A stretch of 62,822 nt of DNA, the filler included, from Globobulimina sp. (taxonomy: Eukaryota): assembly GCA_003354225.1 (NCBI GenBank). It is 37 parts of 37 records of this genome, joined end to end, with 100 filler letters (N's around TTAATTAATTAA, not from the genome) between each part and the next. Parts side by side here need not be neighbours in the genome. Positions count along the whole stretch, not along the records: positions 1 to 1,602 come from PIVH01014261.1; positions 1,703 to 3,304 come from PIVH01014262.1; positions 3,405 to 5,006 come from PIVH01014263.1; positions 5,107 to 6,708 come from PIVH01014264.1; positions 6,809 to 8,410 come from PIVH01014265.1; positions 8,511 to 10,111 come from PIVH01014266.1; positions 10,212 to 11,812 come from PIVH01014267.1; 30 more parts are not named here. One strand, given 5' to 3'. The first letter of the stretch is position 1. Each line of letters begins with the position of its first letter. The notes beneath the pieces are model-generated. The model was not told where the DNA came from. It made no database searches and saw nothing but the letters and a program-made list of their open reading frames with translations. A program made the position numbers and the translations under genes. Below are positions 1 to 11,650 of the stretch, in pieces.

Positions 1-109
1 TCAGAAAATCTTAATTTCAAAGCAACCGCAATAATCTAAATTTTGAGTGTTTTTTCGTTTTTCAACCTTTAAGTTTTCGGATGTCATTAACTTTCACTAA
101 CATCAAACA

Positions 110-1602
110 ATGAGCTCTGGAAAGCAGGCACGTGCTATTAACAAGAACAATACAGAGGAAGATGAACTAGATGAAGATGATACCAGCTTCATATCAACCT
201 GTCATTCGGTAACATTCGATGCACCAATCTCACACATTTGTAATTGTGTATATCGTATGACAAACAAAAAAAAATCAGTCAACTGTCTATCAGTAGCAGG
301 TAGAGATGGTTTCATTCGCGTATTTGAAAGCGAAGCACCATTTTCATTATTATTTGCCTTTCCAATTCGATACGAACGCGTATTATCCCTCGAATTTCTA
401 CCAACAACTTCCTCCTTCATATCCGTGGAACACACACCTGATGGATCTGGTAATCATGTCGTTATTTACGAAGATTGGAATAAGTTTCCAAGTTAAACAT
501 CCTTTGCTATTATCCTTGCACAACAGCAACAATATAAATATGCTAAGATCTATTAAAAAACGTGCAAGTCGTAGAAAAGGGGGAAGATATCATATTTAAC
601 TTCGTGTCGCATTGCGGCTTAGCCTCGAATGGGTATATAGCCATAACTTCGCCCGGCAACATGCGGTTGAAATCGTTTCAAGTGGAAGGCATAAATCGCG
701 AATCTAAGTTCACGTTTGAAGTGAAAATACGCACTATCCAGGTCTCCTACGATGGCACCATCATCAGCAGCAACACCATCGTCAATGCCTCGCCATCGCC
801 GCAGCCATTTATAGACCGCGACTTGACGCAGGAAGACACCATCAACAACAGTATGGATATAAACGCTTCATTACGGAAACGGAGGTCTAAATCGGATGGG
901 AGCAGTACAACTTTATTAGTATTTGAGTTACGAACGCATAAAAACATCCATTTGGGAGCCGGAGCGTACCGATTATCCTTCCCAGTGGCCTGGAAATCGC
1001 GTTCGCGGCAACGTTTCCGCAGAGAATTATTTGCCATCGAACTGTGCAATGAGAATGGCAAAGTTATTGAAGCTGCGCAGCAGCTATGGATTATGGACAG
1101 TGATACTGCCAATGCCGCAGCTCAGGGATACACTAAACATCCTCGTTATGGACATTCGTTGAAAGTGTGTGCTGAGAACATCCGTTCGCTGCGGAAGCCG
1201 CCGTATATAAAACAAATGAGGATATTCGAATTGGGCGATATGGCCAAACAGAATAAAATTGTGCATGATGGCATCAATGAGGAGGAACGAATGGGAAATT
1301 ATACGTCGCAGTCGTGGTTTCCTTCTGATTTTACGGCGACGGGCAGCGATTTGAACGAAAGCGTGTCGTTTATGAATGTGTGTAAACAAAGTGGCAGAAT
1401 TGTGACTTGTGCAAAGTCATTGATCTCTATATGGGATTGCGATTTGTTGTTACGTACTTATAAGATTCCACACGATAATTACGTGGACGCTGTGGTTGAG
1501 GCATACGAGCGTGACCATGACGAGGATATGAAGGAAATGCAGAAAGTGTCACGCTATCGATTGGGCTCAACCACTTCATTGAAAAGACACAAACGAAAAC
1601 GC
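110..1602 (+). CDS. Probable beta-propeller/WD40-like protein, spliced, 3' truncated
   Basis: ORFs 110-496 and 562-1602 are separated by a short AT-rich intron-like stretch; WD-like segments VAGRDGFIRVFE and IVTCAKSLISIWD. Confidence 0.45.
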
Positions 1603-1702
1603 NNNNNNNNNNNNNNNNNNNNNNNNNNNNNNNNNNNNNNNNNNNNTTAATTAATTAANNNNNNNNNNNNNNNNNNNNNNNNNNNNNNNNNNNNNNNNNN
1701 NN
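1603..1702. other. Artificial contig-joining linker N44-TTAATTAATTAA-N44; first of 36 copies, one about every 1.7 kb
   Basis: Identical linker with stop codons in all six frames; flanking contigs are sorted by length (1602, 1601, 1600 bp). Confidence 0.99.
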
Positions 1703-2757
1703 GTTCTGCAGTATTTTGTTCATTTGATTTATTTTCCACATTTTCCACCGATTTATGCTCAATATTTTCTGTATTACAGTCAATATTTTCGGTATTTGAT
1801 TTGTGCTCAATATTTTGCAATGGTGTAATATTATCGTTGTTTTCCTCATTTTCAGCATTTTCCTGCTGATGTCTGGTTAATAGGGTTCGATACAATTTAT
1901 TTGCTGGTCCACTTATAATGGTAGCAATTTTGGCTAATTTCATAAATTCTTTTTTGCCCAAACCCTGCACTTTGCCGAATGTGAGTTTATTTTCAAGCAA
2001 TATTTGTTTACATTTCTCTTTATCAAATTTAACGCCTAATTTTGGATAGATTTTATCATTTGTGGTGGCTTCATTTATTAAGTGAGTTATAAATTGATTA
2101 CAATCCATTTCATCCAATTTTTTATCATCGTTGTTATTGTCACATTCATCAATTTCGTTTTCAATGCGTTTTTTAATTCGTTTCCAAATTTCCCTCGCTT
2201 TTCCCAATGGAATATTGCATTGTTTTAATAATTTGCAAAATGTCAATTGATTTTTTGGTTGATTCATTGTTGAATAAAATTTATATCCATTATAACTATC
2301 CTTTGCCAGTATCGATTTTAATACATCCTTTGTGTATGAATTGACATTCAATGATTCCAATTCAATACATATTATATTCATGAATTCATTCAGATCCATG
2401 TCTTTTATATATTTATCATTATTGTTTACAGTGAGGGCAGTATTTATATCATAATTATGATCTTTAAAGATTTGTATCATTAAATCACAAAATAATTTTA
2501 ATTGTGTAGAATCTGTGTTCAATATTTGTAATCCTTCAATAATATTGCTATCATGTTCATCTTCGATATCATCGAGTATGGCTTCTCCATTATACTCTCC
2601 TTCATCTACTAAATTATCAAATTTGTCACTTAGATCTGCCGAAAAGAGTTCAGTTAGTGCCGATAATGCACATTTTAGATCCGCATCAAACTGTTCTTCA
2701 TCAAACTGTTCCATGATCCTGAGGGTTTTTTGAGTGGCTAGTGTAGCTTTCGAATTC
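1703..2757 (-). CDS. Uncharacterised helical protein exon, 3' truncated
   Basis: Open frame of more than 340 codons preceded by a GT..AG intron with a polypyrimidine tract (about 2758-2810); NxEHKS-like repeats at the truncated end. Confidence 0.65.
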
Positions 2758-3404
2758 TAAAGAAAAAAAAAGTCAGAAGACTGTGTGTGTGTATATGTTT
2801 TTAGATTTACTCGTATGAATATGAGATGGGAACGCACAATCCTAGGATGGTCGAGTGTAAAGGGTTAATAAGAAAGCCATTATAATTCATCCAATTAATA
2901 AATCTGTTGGTTGGCATTGTTCACATAACCAACTCTGCAATTTTCTATATGCATGCACTTTACGCTCACTTGTGCAAAGTGATTTACCTCCTTTTAATTT
3001 TTTTGCATCCGCATTTACAATATTTACGGCCCAATATTTACATCCGCACTTCATATGAGTAAATCTAAAAACAGTCTCATGCAATTAGTATCATGCATAT
3101 TAACATATTATTTTATAACATGCACATTTGACTTTTGAGGCTTAAACTTCTAAACACTTCTTTTGTGATTGATTGGGATTTGAACCCAAATTATCTTTAA
3201 TCAGATATGCTTGATCTCGTTAATCATCATCACAAAAAATTAGATGGGATGACACACCAATTCTCATTTATCTATATGCGTACTGTTTTAATGTGTGGCC
3301 TGTANNNNNNNNNNNNNNNNNNNNNNNNNNNNNNNNNNNNNNNNNNNNTTAATTAATTAANNNNNNNNNNNNNNNNNNNNNNNNNNNNNNNNNNNNNNNN
3401 NNNN

Positions 3405-3855
3405 TAAAACGTTTCGGATTATAACTATTCGTAAATTGTGCTGATGTGACTTTATTAACTACAAAAAAGCGACGGCCGTCCAATATATAATTCAAAATCG
3501 ACCATTCGGAGGCACCAACAAAGGATTTATTGAAATCCACCGATTTATAATTATATGTTGTGTGTAAAAGCTTGATAAATTTGTTCCAATCTCCTTCATA
3601 ACACGCTATATGTAACGGAGTGCCATCACGGAATAAATTAGAACTCTGCCCCGCATCCCACATAATTTGCCTTCCTTTCTGTTCATGTGCATGTATTTCA
3701 TAATATGGGTCTGGATAGATTTGACGTGCTTTACTTGTGCAATTATTTCGGTATTGCATTTGCGCAAAAATTTCAATGCATCGTTGTAAAATGTGATCAA
3801 TATTCCATTCATCAATGTGTTGTAATTGATACAAATGGCTTTGCATATTTCCCAT
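3405..3855 (-). CDS. Ankyrin-repeat-containing protein, 3' truncated
   Basis: Ankyrin motif GTPLHIACYEGDWNKFIKLL; starts MGN. Confidence 0.6.
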
Positions 3856-3908
3856 ATCTTAATTCAAAATCAACTAACTAGTAAAATAAGTAAACATACA
3901 TTTTAAGC

Positions 3909-4973
3909 ATGACAGAGGATGATCTTCCATCCTACACATATGATGAATTAATGAATTTGTTTCAACAATATCCCAAATCAGAATCCCCTGTCAAAAAATC
4001 GAAACATAATTCAAATAAATCAACACCAATCACACCAACAATCATTATGTCAGCATCGCCGGCAACAAAACAAAAGGGACATTATGTTCCACCAACCAAT
4101 AAATCACAGTCTACGCCGATAACACCCACCGTTATTATGTCACCATCACCAGATCCAAAAACAAACAAAAAACGCAGATTTACACATTATTATCAACCGC
4201 AAAAAAAGAGAAAGATTTGCGAGCAATGTGATGATGATTTATTATTACCATTTTATTCCCAGAGTTCAGTGGAGAATACGGATACAAATGCAATCAATAA
4301 AAAACTTACATTTTATTCTCAAGAAAGTGATAAAAATAATAATAAACCAACCAAAAACAATAAAAAATATCAAGAATTAAATAATATGAATATATTGAAA
4401 AACATAGGAATTACAAATGTTCCATCATTGATAAACAATGCAGATTGGATTTATGTTTCTAATCCGAATACAAATAATAATGATAAAAATGATAACGTAT
4501 CCGGACAATTTATGTTATTTCCGGATAAAAATACGTTGTCAGATATTATTGATTCGGATACAATTAAACAGTTTAAATCGATACAAGATATAAATCGGAT
4601 ATGTTCGTATAATGATTATGAATATGATGATATTTCAGTGACCAATTTGGATAAACTATGGATAAAAACATTTATTTTAACAAAGAATGGTGAATTAAAT
4701 AATATTTCAGCAAAATGCAGTAATGAATCATTAATTATTTATACAAAGGATATATTTGATAGAGAGGATATTATTTTATGTGCTAAAAATATAAGAAAAT
4801 ATTTGAATATTAATACAAAGCAACTGTTTTATCAAAGTGCTATGCAACCAAATATTAATAAATTGGCAGCAAGTTTATATTGCCATGATAGAGAGGAACC
4901 AAATGAACTACAAAATGTTTGTGATGATCAACAATTGAAGTTTTTAAAACAGTTTGTTAGGAAGCAAATGTGA
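3909..4973 (+). CDS. DUF1917/Bles03 (C11orf68)-like protein with disordered N-terminus
   Basis: Motif order SGQFMLF..LDKLW..GELNNISAKCS..IIYTKDIFDREDI..IR..FY resembles the DUF1917 pattern GKW-LF..VD.AW..G.LG..AKVS..VYT.D..D; duplicated STPITPT segment. Confidence 0.6.
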   Translation: MTEDDLPSYTYDELMNLFQQYPKSESPVKKSKHNSNKSTPITPTIIMSASPATKQKGHYVPPTNKSQSTPITPTVIMSPSPDPKTNKKRRFTHYYQPQKKRKICEQCDDDLLLPFYSQSSVENTDTNAINKKLTFYSQESDKNNNKPTKNNKKYQELNNMNILKNIGITNVPSLINNADWIYVSNPNTNNNDKNDNVSGQFMLFPDKNTLSDIIDSDTIKQFKSIQDINRICSYNDYEYDDISVTNLDKLWIKTFILTKNGELNNISAKCSNESLIIYTKDIFDREDIILCAKNIRKYLNINTKQLFYQSAMQPNINKLAASLYCHDREEPNELQNVCDDQQLKFLKQFVRKQM

Positions 4974-5575
4974 CTAGTTTTTGACAGCTTTAATTCACCG
5001 CACGTTNNNNNNNNNNNNNNNNNNNNNNNNNNNNNNNNNNNNNNNNNNNNTTAATTAATTAANNNNNNNNNNNNNNNNNNNNNNNNNNNNNNNNNNNNNN
5101 NNNNNNGGGTTCTGGTTCTTGAGCCTTTTCGTCTTGCTCAGATCGATCCGATGTATCAGATGGATCTTTTGCTTCCGCCACGGTATTTTCTATTTTTCAA
5201 TTTAAATCAGATTTAATCGCAATTCGATCCTTGACACTCTAAACATTTGTTTTATGTTTCAATGTGAATATGTTACTTGTTACTATAAGTTTAAATTAAA
5301 CACACTGTATTCACAGGATCTGGTTCTTGAACTTGAACTTGAACAACTTCCGTATCCATTTTAGACTAAATGTATGATGACAAAAGATGTGGGTGTTTTC
5401 TGCTCAGGTGAAGTTTTGGAAATGGTTAACATCGGAGTCTGGTCAAGGCTGAGTGTAAAGCGTAACTCCGATTCCAATGTTAGGAGTCTAGAAATATTAA
5501 ATAAATAAAAAAGTGTAAAATGTGAATAAAAGTCCCGTTGCAATTGGCAAATTATCAAAAAAACAAGAAAACCCT

Positions 5576-6708
5576 TCACCTTCTCCTTTTTAATGCTTTT
5601 GGTCTTGCTTTAATATTTTGACATTTTGGAATATGTCTTTTCGCAGTTTCTTCAGCAAATTTTCTTCCGCAATGTGGACATTGCACTCGGCAATCAGGGA
5701 CAGAAGATGGTATATTTGGAATATCCGCTAATGATTTACCAGATTTTAATGCTTCTTCGATTGTTTTTGAATTTCGAATTGCTTCTCTTAACATTGATGA
5801 CTGTGATTTCCATCTTAGTTTTGCTGCTATTTTTTTTCTTTTTAATTCTGCCTCAATCTGATCTGAATTACTATTTTGCGCTGCTTTTAATGCTTCGTCA
5901 TCTGTCCTTTGTATATTAAATTGTTTACGTTTCTGTCCAAATACTTTTTTACATATTTTAATATGTCTTTGCAAGGCGGATTGACTAAATTTGCGCCCAC
6001 ATTGCCGACATGCGATCCGTTGCACTGAATCACTGTCCACAAAGGCACCTTCTTCCGATTCTAATTTTGCTAATAAGTCTGCCGCCGATGATGGAGGAGG
6101 CGGAGCTATCTCTTCCTCGTCTTGCTGTTGATTAAAACCATTATTGTTAGTATTCATATTATTATTTATATTTATATTCATATTCATGTTCATATTATGA
6201 TTGGTATTCATATTTGGATTGGTATTATTTTGTTTAATTTTCATATTTTGGAGATTTTGAGACATTCGCATTGAATTTCCATTGTTATTCATATTATTAC
6301 GATGTAATGGCTGTTTCTTTATTTTTTATCAACCAATAAATAATAAATGTAAACAGAGAGAAAGTAGTAACAAATAACAAACCGTATTCGTATTCGTATT
6401 ATCAAGATCAATATCCATTTTTGATGGTGGTTTTGCAAAATTATTATTATTATTATTGCTATTATCCGTATCCTTATTCATTCGCGAATTCATTTGATTT
6501 TGATTAAAATTACTATTAATATTATTAATATTTTTATTGTTCATATTACTGATATTATTGTTCTTGTTGGTATTATTATTATTGTCCATATTGTTCATAT
6601 TATTGTTGGTGTTGGTGTTGGTGTTATTATTTCGTGAATTCATTTGAATTCGATCAACATTATTATTGCCATTGTTGCTGTTCCGTAAAGAATAACATTG
6701 CTGTTGTT
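5576..6708 (-). CDS. C2HC zinc-finger protein (ZC2HC1-like), Asn-rich, 5' truncated; intron about 6317-6382
   Basis: Two fingers, CRQCGRKF..LQRHIKIC and CPHCGRKF..AKRHIPKC, with a KW..QS..LREAI linker. Confidence 0.85.
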
Positions 6709-6932
6709 NNNNNNNNNNNNNNNNNNNNNNNNNNNNNNNNNNNNNNNNNNNNTTAATTAATTAANNNNNNNNNNNNNNNNNNNNNNNNNNNNNNNNNNNN
6801 NNNNNNNNGTAGAGGCAATAGAGTGAGGACTATTTATTAATCCACGCTGCTGGCAAGCAATCCTCTTAGACATAAGTAGACTTTAAATGTAACGGTCTCA
6901 AAAAAAAACTTAGTTGGCCATAGTCTAATGCA

Positions 6933-6972
6933 AGGGGTTGTTCTTATATTGCGCAATATAAAAACAACCCCT
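6933..6972. repeat. 40-bp near-perfect palindrome
   Basis: AGGGGTTGTTCTTATATTGC followed by GCAATATAAAAACAACCCCT; 19 of 20 positions pair. Confidence 0.9.
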
Positions 6973-7259
6973 AATAGCCACTACTCGCTTAGATTTGCAC
7001 ATGTCTGTCTTAAAACATTGACACAATCATGACCATGAAAGAAAATAAAATTTAGTATTCTTGTACTTATAGTTTAAATAATCCATACTTAGGCGTTTTT
7101 ACGATAAAGCAAAAATATCTTATATCGATTTTCGTTTTTGATTACAAAACAACTTTAACAAGATTATTTCTTATAAATTAAAGCAAATACATTGAACAAA
7201 AGGAACATATATATTGCTTCACTTTGCGCTTGTAATTAAATTTTAAACGTACGGTACTT

Positions 7260-8410
7260 TTACCAATATGACCTTCTTTTCTTTTCTTCCTTTGCCTTGA
7301 CTTCCGAATCACTCATTTTATGCGCAATGCACCAACTCACATTCGGAGTAATTTCCAATGTCTTTGCATCTTGTCTAAACCCAACAAATCCAGCTAAAAA
7401 TTTCAATTGTAATTTTTTACCATAATAAATCCATTCAACCGGCGCACTTGCAATACCCGTCGGATATCTATTAATATCGCCACCCGCTTCTCTGCCCCAT
7501 CCACCACTGCCATGCAATGTAAATCCTTGCTCAACGTATGCTTTATCCATTGCATACGGAACACAGTAATGATTCCATCTTTCTTTCAAAAAAGGAAACA
7601 ATATATTAAACCAACCGCAATAATACGAATAAGCACCACTGCCGCCAGTCGACCCTCGTTTTATCATCGAATTCCAGAAAACGCAATCAATTTCTCCATC
7701 AAATGCAACTATAAACCGGTCTAATAATGGCAATAACGCGTTGCCCCATTCTTCCCCGAATTTAGGCTCGACTTTTTCCTTCAATAATTTACTGCATTTT
7801 GCCTTTAATTTCACCCAATCTTTCCGTGTCCCATCTAATGTAATCTCTGGGAAGCCACAAGCAGTCATCATACCATAACTAAAATAATTTTTACAAATAT
7901 CCTATACATAGAACAAAATACAAAAACTTAATTAAATAATTTGCAGTTATATAAAGAGTGCACATACCATAATTGTAACTTTTGTCGCAATTTGTTCAGT
8001 TAAAGTGGCAGAGGAAAAATCAGCGTTAAATAATTCAACTGTATCTTTCACCGTATTCTTGTCGATTTGTTGAGCAAATTCATTTATAACACCAACCCAA
8101 TCATTCTTAGCTGAGCCAAGAACAAAATTATCCCGTCTTATTAATAATTTCTTTTTGCCCTCATGACTCACATATTTTTTTCTTAGTTTCTCTGCATTTT
8201 GGTCAACGTGAATTGCCACGCCCTGTAACACCAATAACCATATATGTTCTGCTTTAAATCGAAAGGGGTAATGTTCACTCCATGCAGTCAACGACGACAC
8301 AATAAAAGAATGTGTGGATGCAGTTTGACAAATTTTATCTGTCGGATTTGAATATGCTTCGGCTGCATTACAATTTGCATCATTCATAACCGCAGGTCAA
8401 GGCAAGTCAG
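7260..8410 (-). CDS. DUF4419 family protein, 5' truncated; intron 7902-7967
   Basis: Motifs AWSEHYP..HIWL..QG.A.HV..NAEKLR..V.HEGKK.L, CGFPEITLDGTRKDW and GW...FP; the GT..AG intron joins the two ORFs in frame. Confidence 0.85.
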
Positions 8411-8576
8411 NNNNNNNNNNNNNNNNNNNNNNNNNNNNNNNNNNNNNNNNNNNNTTAATTAATTAANNNNNNNNNNNNNNNNNNNNNNNNNNNNNNNNNN
8501 NNNNNNNNNNTTTAAAATTTAAACTTGTTGGATCATCCCTTTTGGAAATCGGAAACTTGATTGTTGATAAAATAAA

Positions 8577-10040
8577 ATGAACTCACAAGTCTGTTCAAAT
8601 GCTATTGTAATTGATACTGGTTCTCATTCAACAAAGATTGGTTTTTCTGGAGATAATGAGCCGCAATGTATCATTCGAACAGCAACAGGAATCCTGGACA
8701 ATGCTGCTGATAAAAATAAGAATAATAATAAGAAATTTGACAAATATTTAATTGATACATCATTAAATGCATGCGATGAAAATACGATGAAACAAATCGA
8801 AATAGATTTACCATACACTGCCGGGTTTGTGCATAATATGGAATCATTGGCATCCATTTGGATGAATGCAATGAAACAAAAATTAAAACTTTCAGAGTCA
8901 GAGATAGCATCAATACCAATTTTATTATCAGAGCCATCCCATTGGAGCAATTCCTCCATTTATTGCAATTTATTTATTAAATATCGCGAGAATTATTGTA
9001 AAACAATCTTTGAAGATTTCCATGGCAGTGCGATGTATCTATGCTGCGACTCAGTGTTATCCTCTTTTTCGCATGGAAAAAAATCATCGATTGTTCTGGA
9101 TTTTGGTGGTGGATCGACGCGATGTACACCGATATATGATGGCTATGTTATAAATAATGGTTGTAAATTTAGCAAATGCGGCGGTGATTATTTTGACAAG
9201 ATATTAAGTGAGAAAATTAATATTAAGCAGGGTGTTAATGATAAGTTGCAATCATATAACCATAAGCCATCATATATGGAATTTAGTAAACATTCACTGA
9301 TTACAGATATAAAAGAGCATATTTTAAGAGTAAAAAGTGCAAAATTTGATGTTATAAATGTGAAAAATAAGACATTTGATGTTGGCGATTTAACATTTCC
9401 ATACAAAGAGAGTGATTCATATGAATTGAGTCCAGATAATAAGAAAGAAAAAGAAAATGAAATAAATGAGACTAAGGAATGTATTTATGTGTTACCCGAT
9501 GGTGAGAGCTTAGAATATGGAGATTTGCAATATTCAATCACTGAATTATTATTTATGGATTACAACAAAGATTTTGAGAATGATTTAGAGAATATTTGGA
9601 TTGATAAAATGTCAAAATTAGCCGCAAATAATAATAATAATAATGCGAATGCTTGCTATCAATTGCAAAATACACAAGAAATATGGAAAGATGTGAATTA
9701 TAAAAGGTATAAGTTCAAAGGCATTGCATCGATGGTAAACGAATCATTAAATGGATGTGATATTGACATTCGATCATTGTGCGTTGAGAATATAATAATA
9801 TGTGGTGGTCATAGTCGATATAAAGGAATTATTGAAAGAATTGGCAAGGAATTAAGTATTAACTTGCCATATTCATATAAGTATAAATTATATTTTAATG
9901 ATACACCGCGAGAAAGATTATTTGCGACATGGTTGGGTGGCTCTATATTATCGACTACTGCACATTTCCAAAATATGTGGATTACAAAAGAAGATTATAA
10001 TGAATATGGACCTACTATTGTTCATAGGAAATGTTATTAA
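8577..10040 (+). CDS. ARP4: Actin-related protein, most like nuclear ARP4/ACTL6
   Basis: IVIDTGSHSTKIGFSGDNEP, YVLPDG, CDIDIR, ICGG and ERLFATWLGGSIL..FQNMWITKEDYNEYG..IVHRKC, with large insertions typical of ARP4. Confidence 0.8.
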   Translation: MNSQVCSNAIVIDTGSHSTKIGFSGDNEPQCIIRTATGILDNAADKNKNNNKKFDKYLIDTSLNACDENTMKQIEIDLPYTAGFVHNMESLASIWMNAMKQKLKLSESEIASIPILLSEPSHWSNSSIYCNLFIKYRENYCKTIFEDFHGSAMYLCCDSVLSSFSHGKKSSIVLDFGGGSTRCTPIYDGYVINNGCKFSKCGGDYFDKILSEKINIKQGVNDKLQSYNHKPSYMEFSKHSLITDIKEHILRVKSAKFDVINVKNKTFDVGDLTFPYKESDSYELSPDNKKEKENEINETKECIYVLPDGESLEYGDLQYSITELLFMDYNKDFENDLENIWIDKMSKLAANNNNNNANACYQLQNTQEIWKDVNYKRYKFKGIASMVNESLNGCDIDIRSLCVENIIICGGHSRYKGIIERIGKELSINLPYSYKYKLYFNDTPRERLFATWLGGSILSTTAHFQNMWITKEDYNEYGPTIVHRKCY

Positions 10041-10305
10041 CCATTATTTACAAACTTTATTTACAATTTATTTATCCTTGCGCTCAAAACATCAATTGCT
10101 TGAAAACTCTCNNNNNNNNNNNNNNNNNNNNNNNNNNNNNNNNNNNNNNNNNNNNTTAATTAATTAANNNNNNNNNNNNNNNNNNNNNNNNNNNNNNNNN
10201 NNNNNNNNNNNTAAAATCATATCAGTTGCTTCTTTAATCTTCATTGTAAGTGGGCTTTTGGTCTATCTATTTTTTTTTAAAAATAGGTATGAATTACTTT
10301 TCGCT

Positions 10306-11037
10306 CTAATTTTGATTTTGTCGATTATTGTTTGGAAAGCGATTATTTGAGTGATTTGGATTATTTTGTGTTGCTCCAAATCTATTTTGAGGGAAGTTAT
10401 TGGGATTTTGGTTTGGATGAAATGAATGGGAATTTCTATTTGAGTCAATATATATATTGACTTTTTTATCTTTGTTCAAATCCTCAATGCTGAAATCTGT
10501 AAATGTGCTTAATAGGAATTGGATGACATTGTTTCGATTGGAAACTGTGTGGAATTGATCAGTATAATAATTGTTGTCCATTAATAAACTGAATGGTGTG
10601 GTGTGATCCAAATAATATCGGAATATTTCCATCACGGATTGCCAGAAATTGACTACATTAAAGTATGGTTTCTTGGTAAATGGCGCTATTTTTTGTTTAA
10701 ATAATATAACGCTGGCTTTACTGATTTGGACCCAATCTACTAATAAATTGATGATCGGATTGGATTCGTTATAGTTATTTAATGCACATAATACAAAATC
10801 CAATGTGTCCGACCATGCATCGAGAATGTAATAAAGGGAATGCTTGGATTTAAATGCGGAATGAATTTCTTTTGTTGGTGAGCTAATGTCGGATAATGTA
10901 TATGTTTCCGATAAATATTTTAAAGTGGCATGCAATAATTTGGGGACATTGATATCTTCGCTATCAGGGAATCCCGTGAAGAATTTGATAACTGTATCTC
11001 TTGTGTCTCGTTTTAATTTTGTACGCGAGGGAACTGT
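10306..11037 (-). CDS. Orphan protein with N/Q/P-rich C-terminus; no ATG near the 5' end of the open frame
   Basis: About 243 open codons after an in-frame TAA at 11038-11040; possible splice acceptor AAACAG ending at 11034. Confidence 0.55.
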   Translation of the reverse strand, partial: TVPSRTKLKRDTRDTVIKFFTGFPDSEDINVPKLLHATLKYLSETYTLSDISSPTKEIHSAFKSKHSLYYILDAWSDTLDFVLCALNNYNESNPIINLLVDWVQISKASVILFKQKIAPFTKKPYFNVVNFWQSVMEIFRYYLDHTTPFSLLMDNNYYTDQFHTVSNRNNVIQFLLSTFTDFSIEDLNKDKKVNIYIDSNRNSHSFHPNQNPNNFPQNRFGATQNNPNHSNNRFPNNNRQNQN

Positions 11038-11117
11038 TTATTTAATTATTTTATACGTTTGTATATGTTTTCACTCTGTTTTACAATCTATATTTAATAA
11101 TTTGAGGGGATAATTTA

Positions 11118-11359
11118 TACTTCGGTAAAAGTAATATAATATATTCTCGGTAAAGAAGTTTCTTGTTACTGACGTTACAGCGTCGGGCAGTTTTGGTAAA
11201 AACTTGGTGCTTAGGTAAAAGCTGTTAGTTTAAAGAGAGAATGCTTCGGTAAAAGCCTTCTAATGCAGCTTTGGTAAAAGCTAAAACGTATATACTGTGT
11301 TTTGTTCTTGTACTTAGGTAAAAGTACTGACGGATAGTAAACGTTTTTGTAGAAACGTT
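11118..11359. repeat. Array of short hairpins with conserved NGGTAA hexaloop and variable stems
   Basis: Seven stem-loops with NGGTAA loops at 11118, 11144, 11189, 11209, 11243, 11267 and 11310, plus two variant hairpins at 11171 and 11340. Confidence 0.85.
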
Positions 11360-11650
11360 ATATACAAAGAGAGGAGAAAGATGAACTATGCCACACAAAC
11401 TTGTATATGCAGTTTGTGCGACTCACGATATAAAACACCGTACTTACGGAGATAAATCCAAGAATGAGAAAGGCGGTATCATTCTATGCGTGTACAGAGA
11501 CCCAGCTGCAGTACCGTGGCATATTGTGATTTACCGACCAGACACACCTCAAAAATAAAGCAAAAGTTGGGCAGTTTTGTATAGTTAAGAATAAACGGAA
11601 GAGAGTCATTTTAATTATGTAAACACAATAATTAAAAGATTACGGGTAAG

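Noticed and set aside
5107-5360. Minus-strand gene start (MDTEVVQVQVQEPDP) with in-frame TGA at 5197-5199 as selenocysteine or readthrough
   Set aside because: Low-complexity context, truncated contig, and alternative splice choices avoid the stop.
6809-6985. U3 snoRNA or group I intron
   Set aside because: AGAGTGAG and GACTA/TAGTC are present, but boxes C/D and a convincing P/Q/R/S core are not.
11118-11359. CRISPR array or coding repeat
   Set aside because: Only a 5-nt loop core is invariant, spacing is irregular and the motif occurs in several frames.
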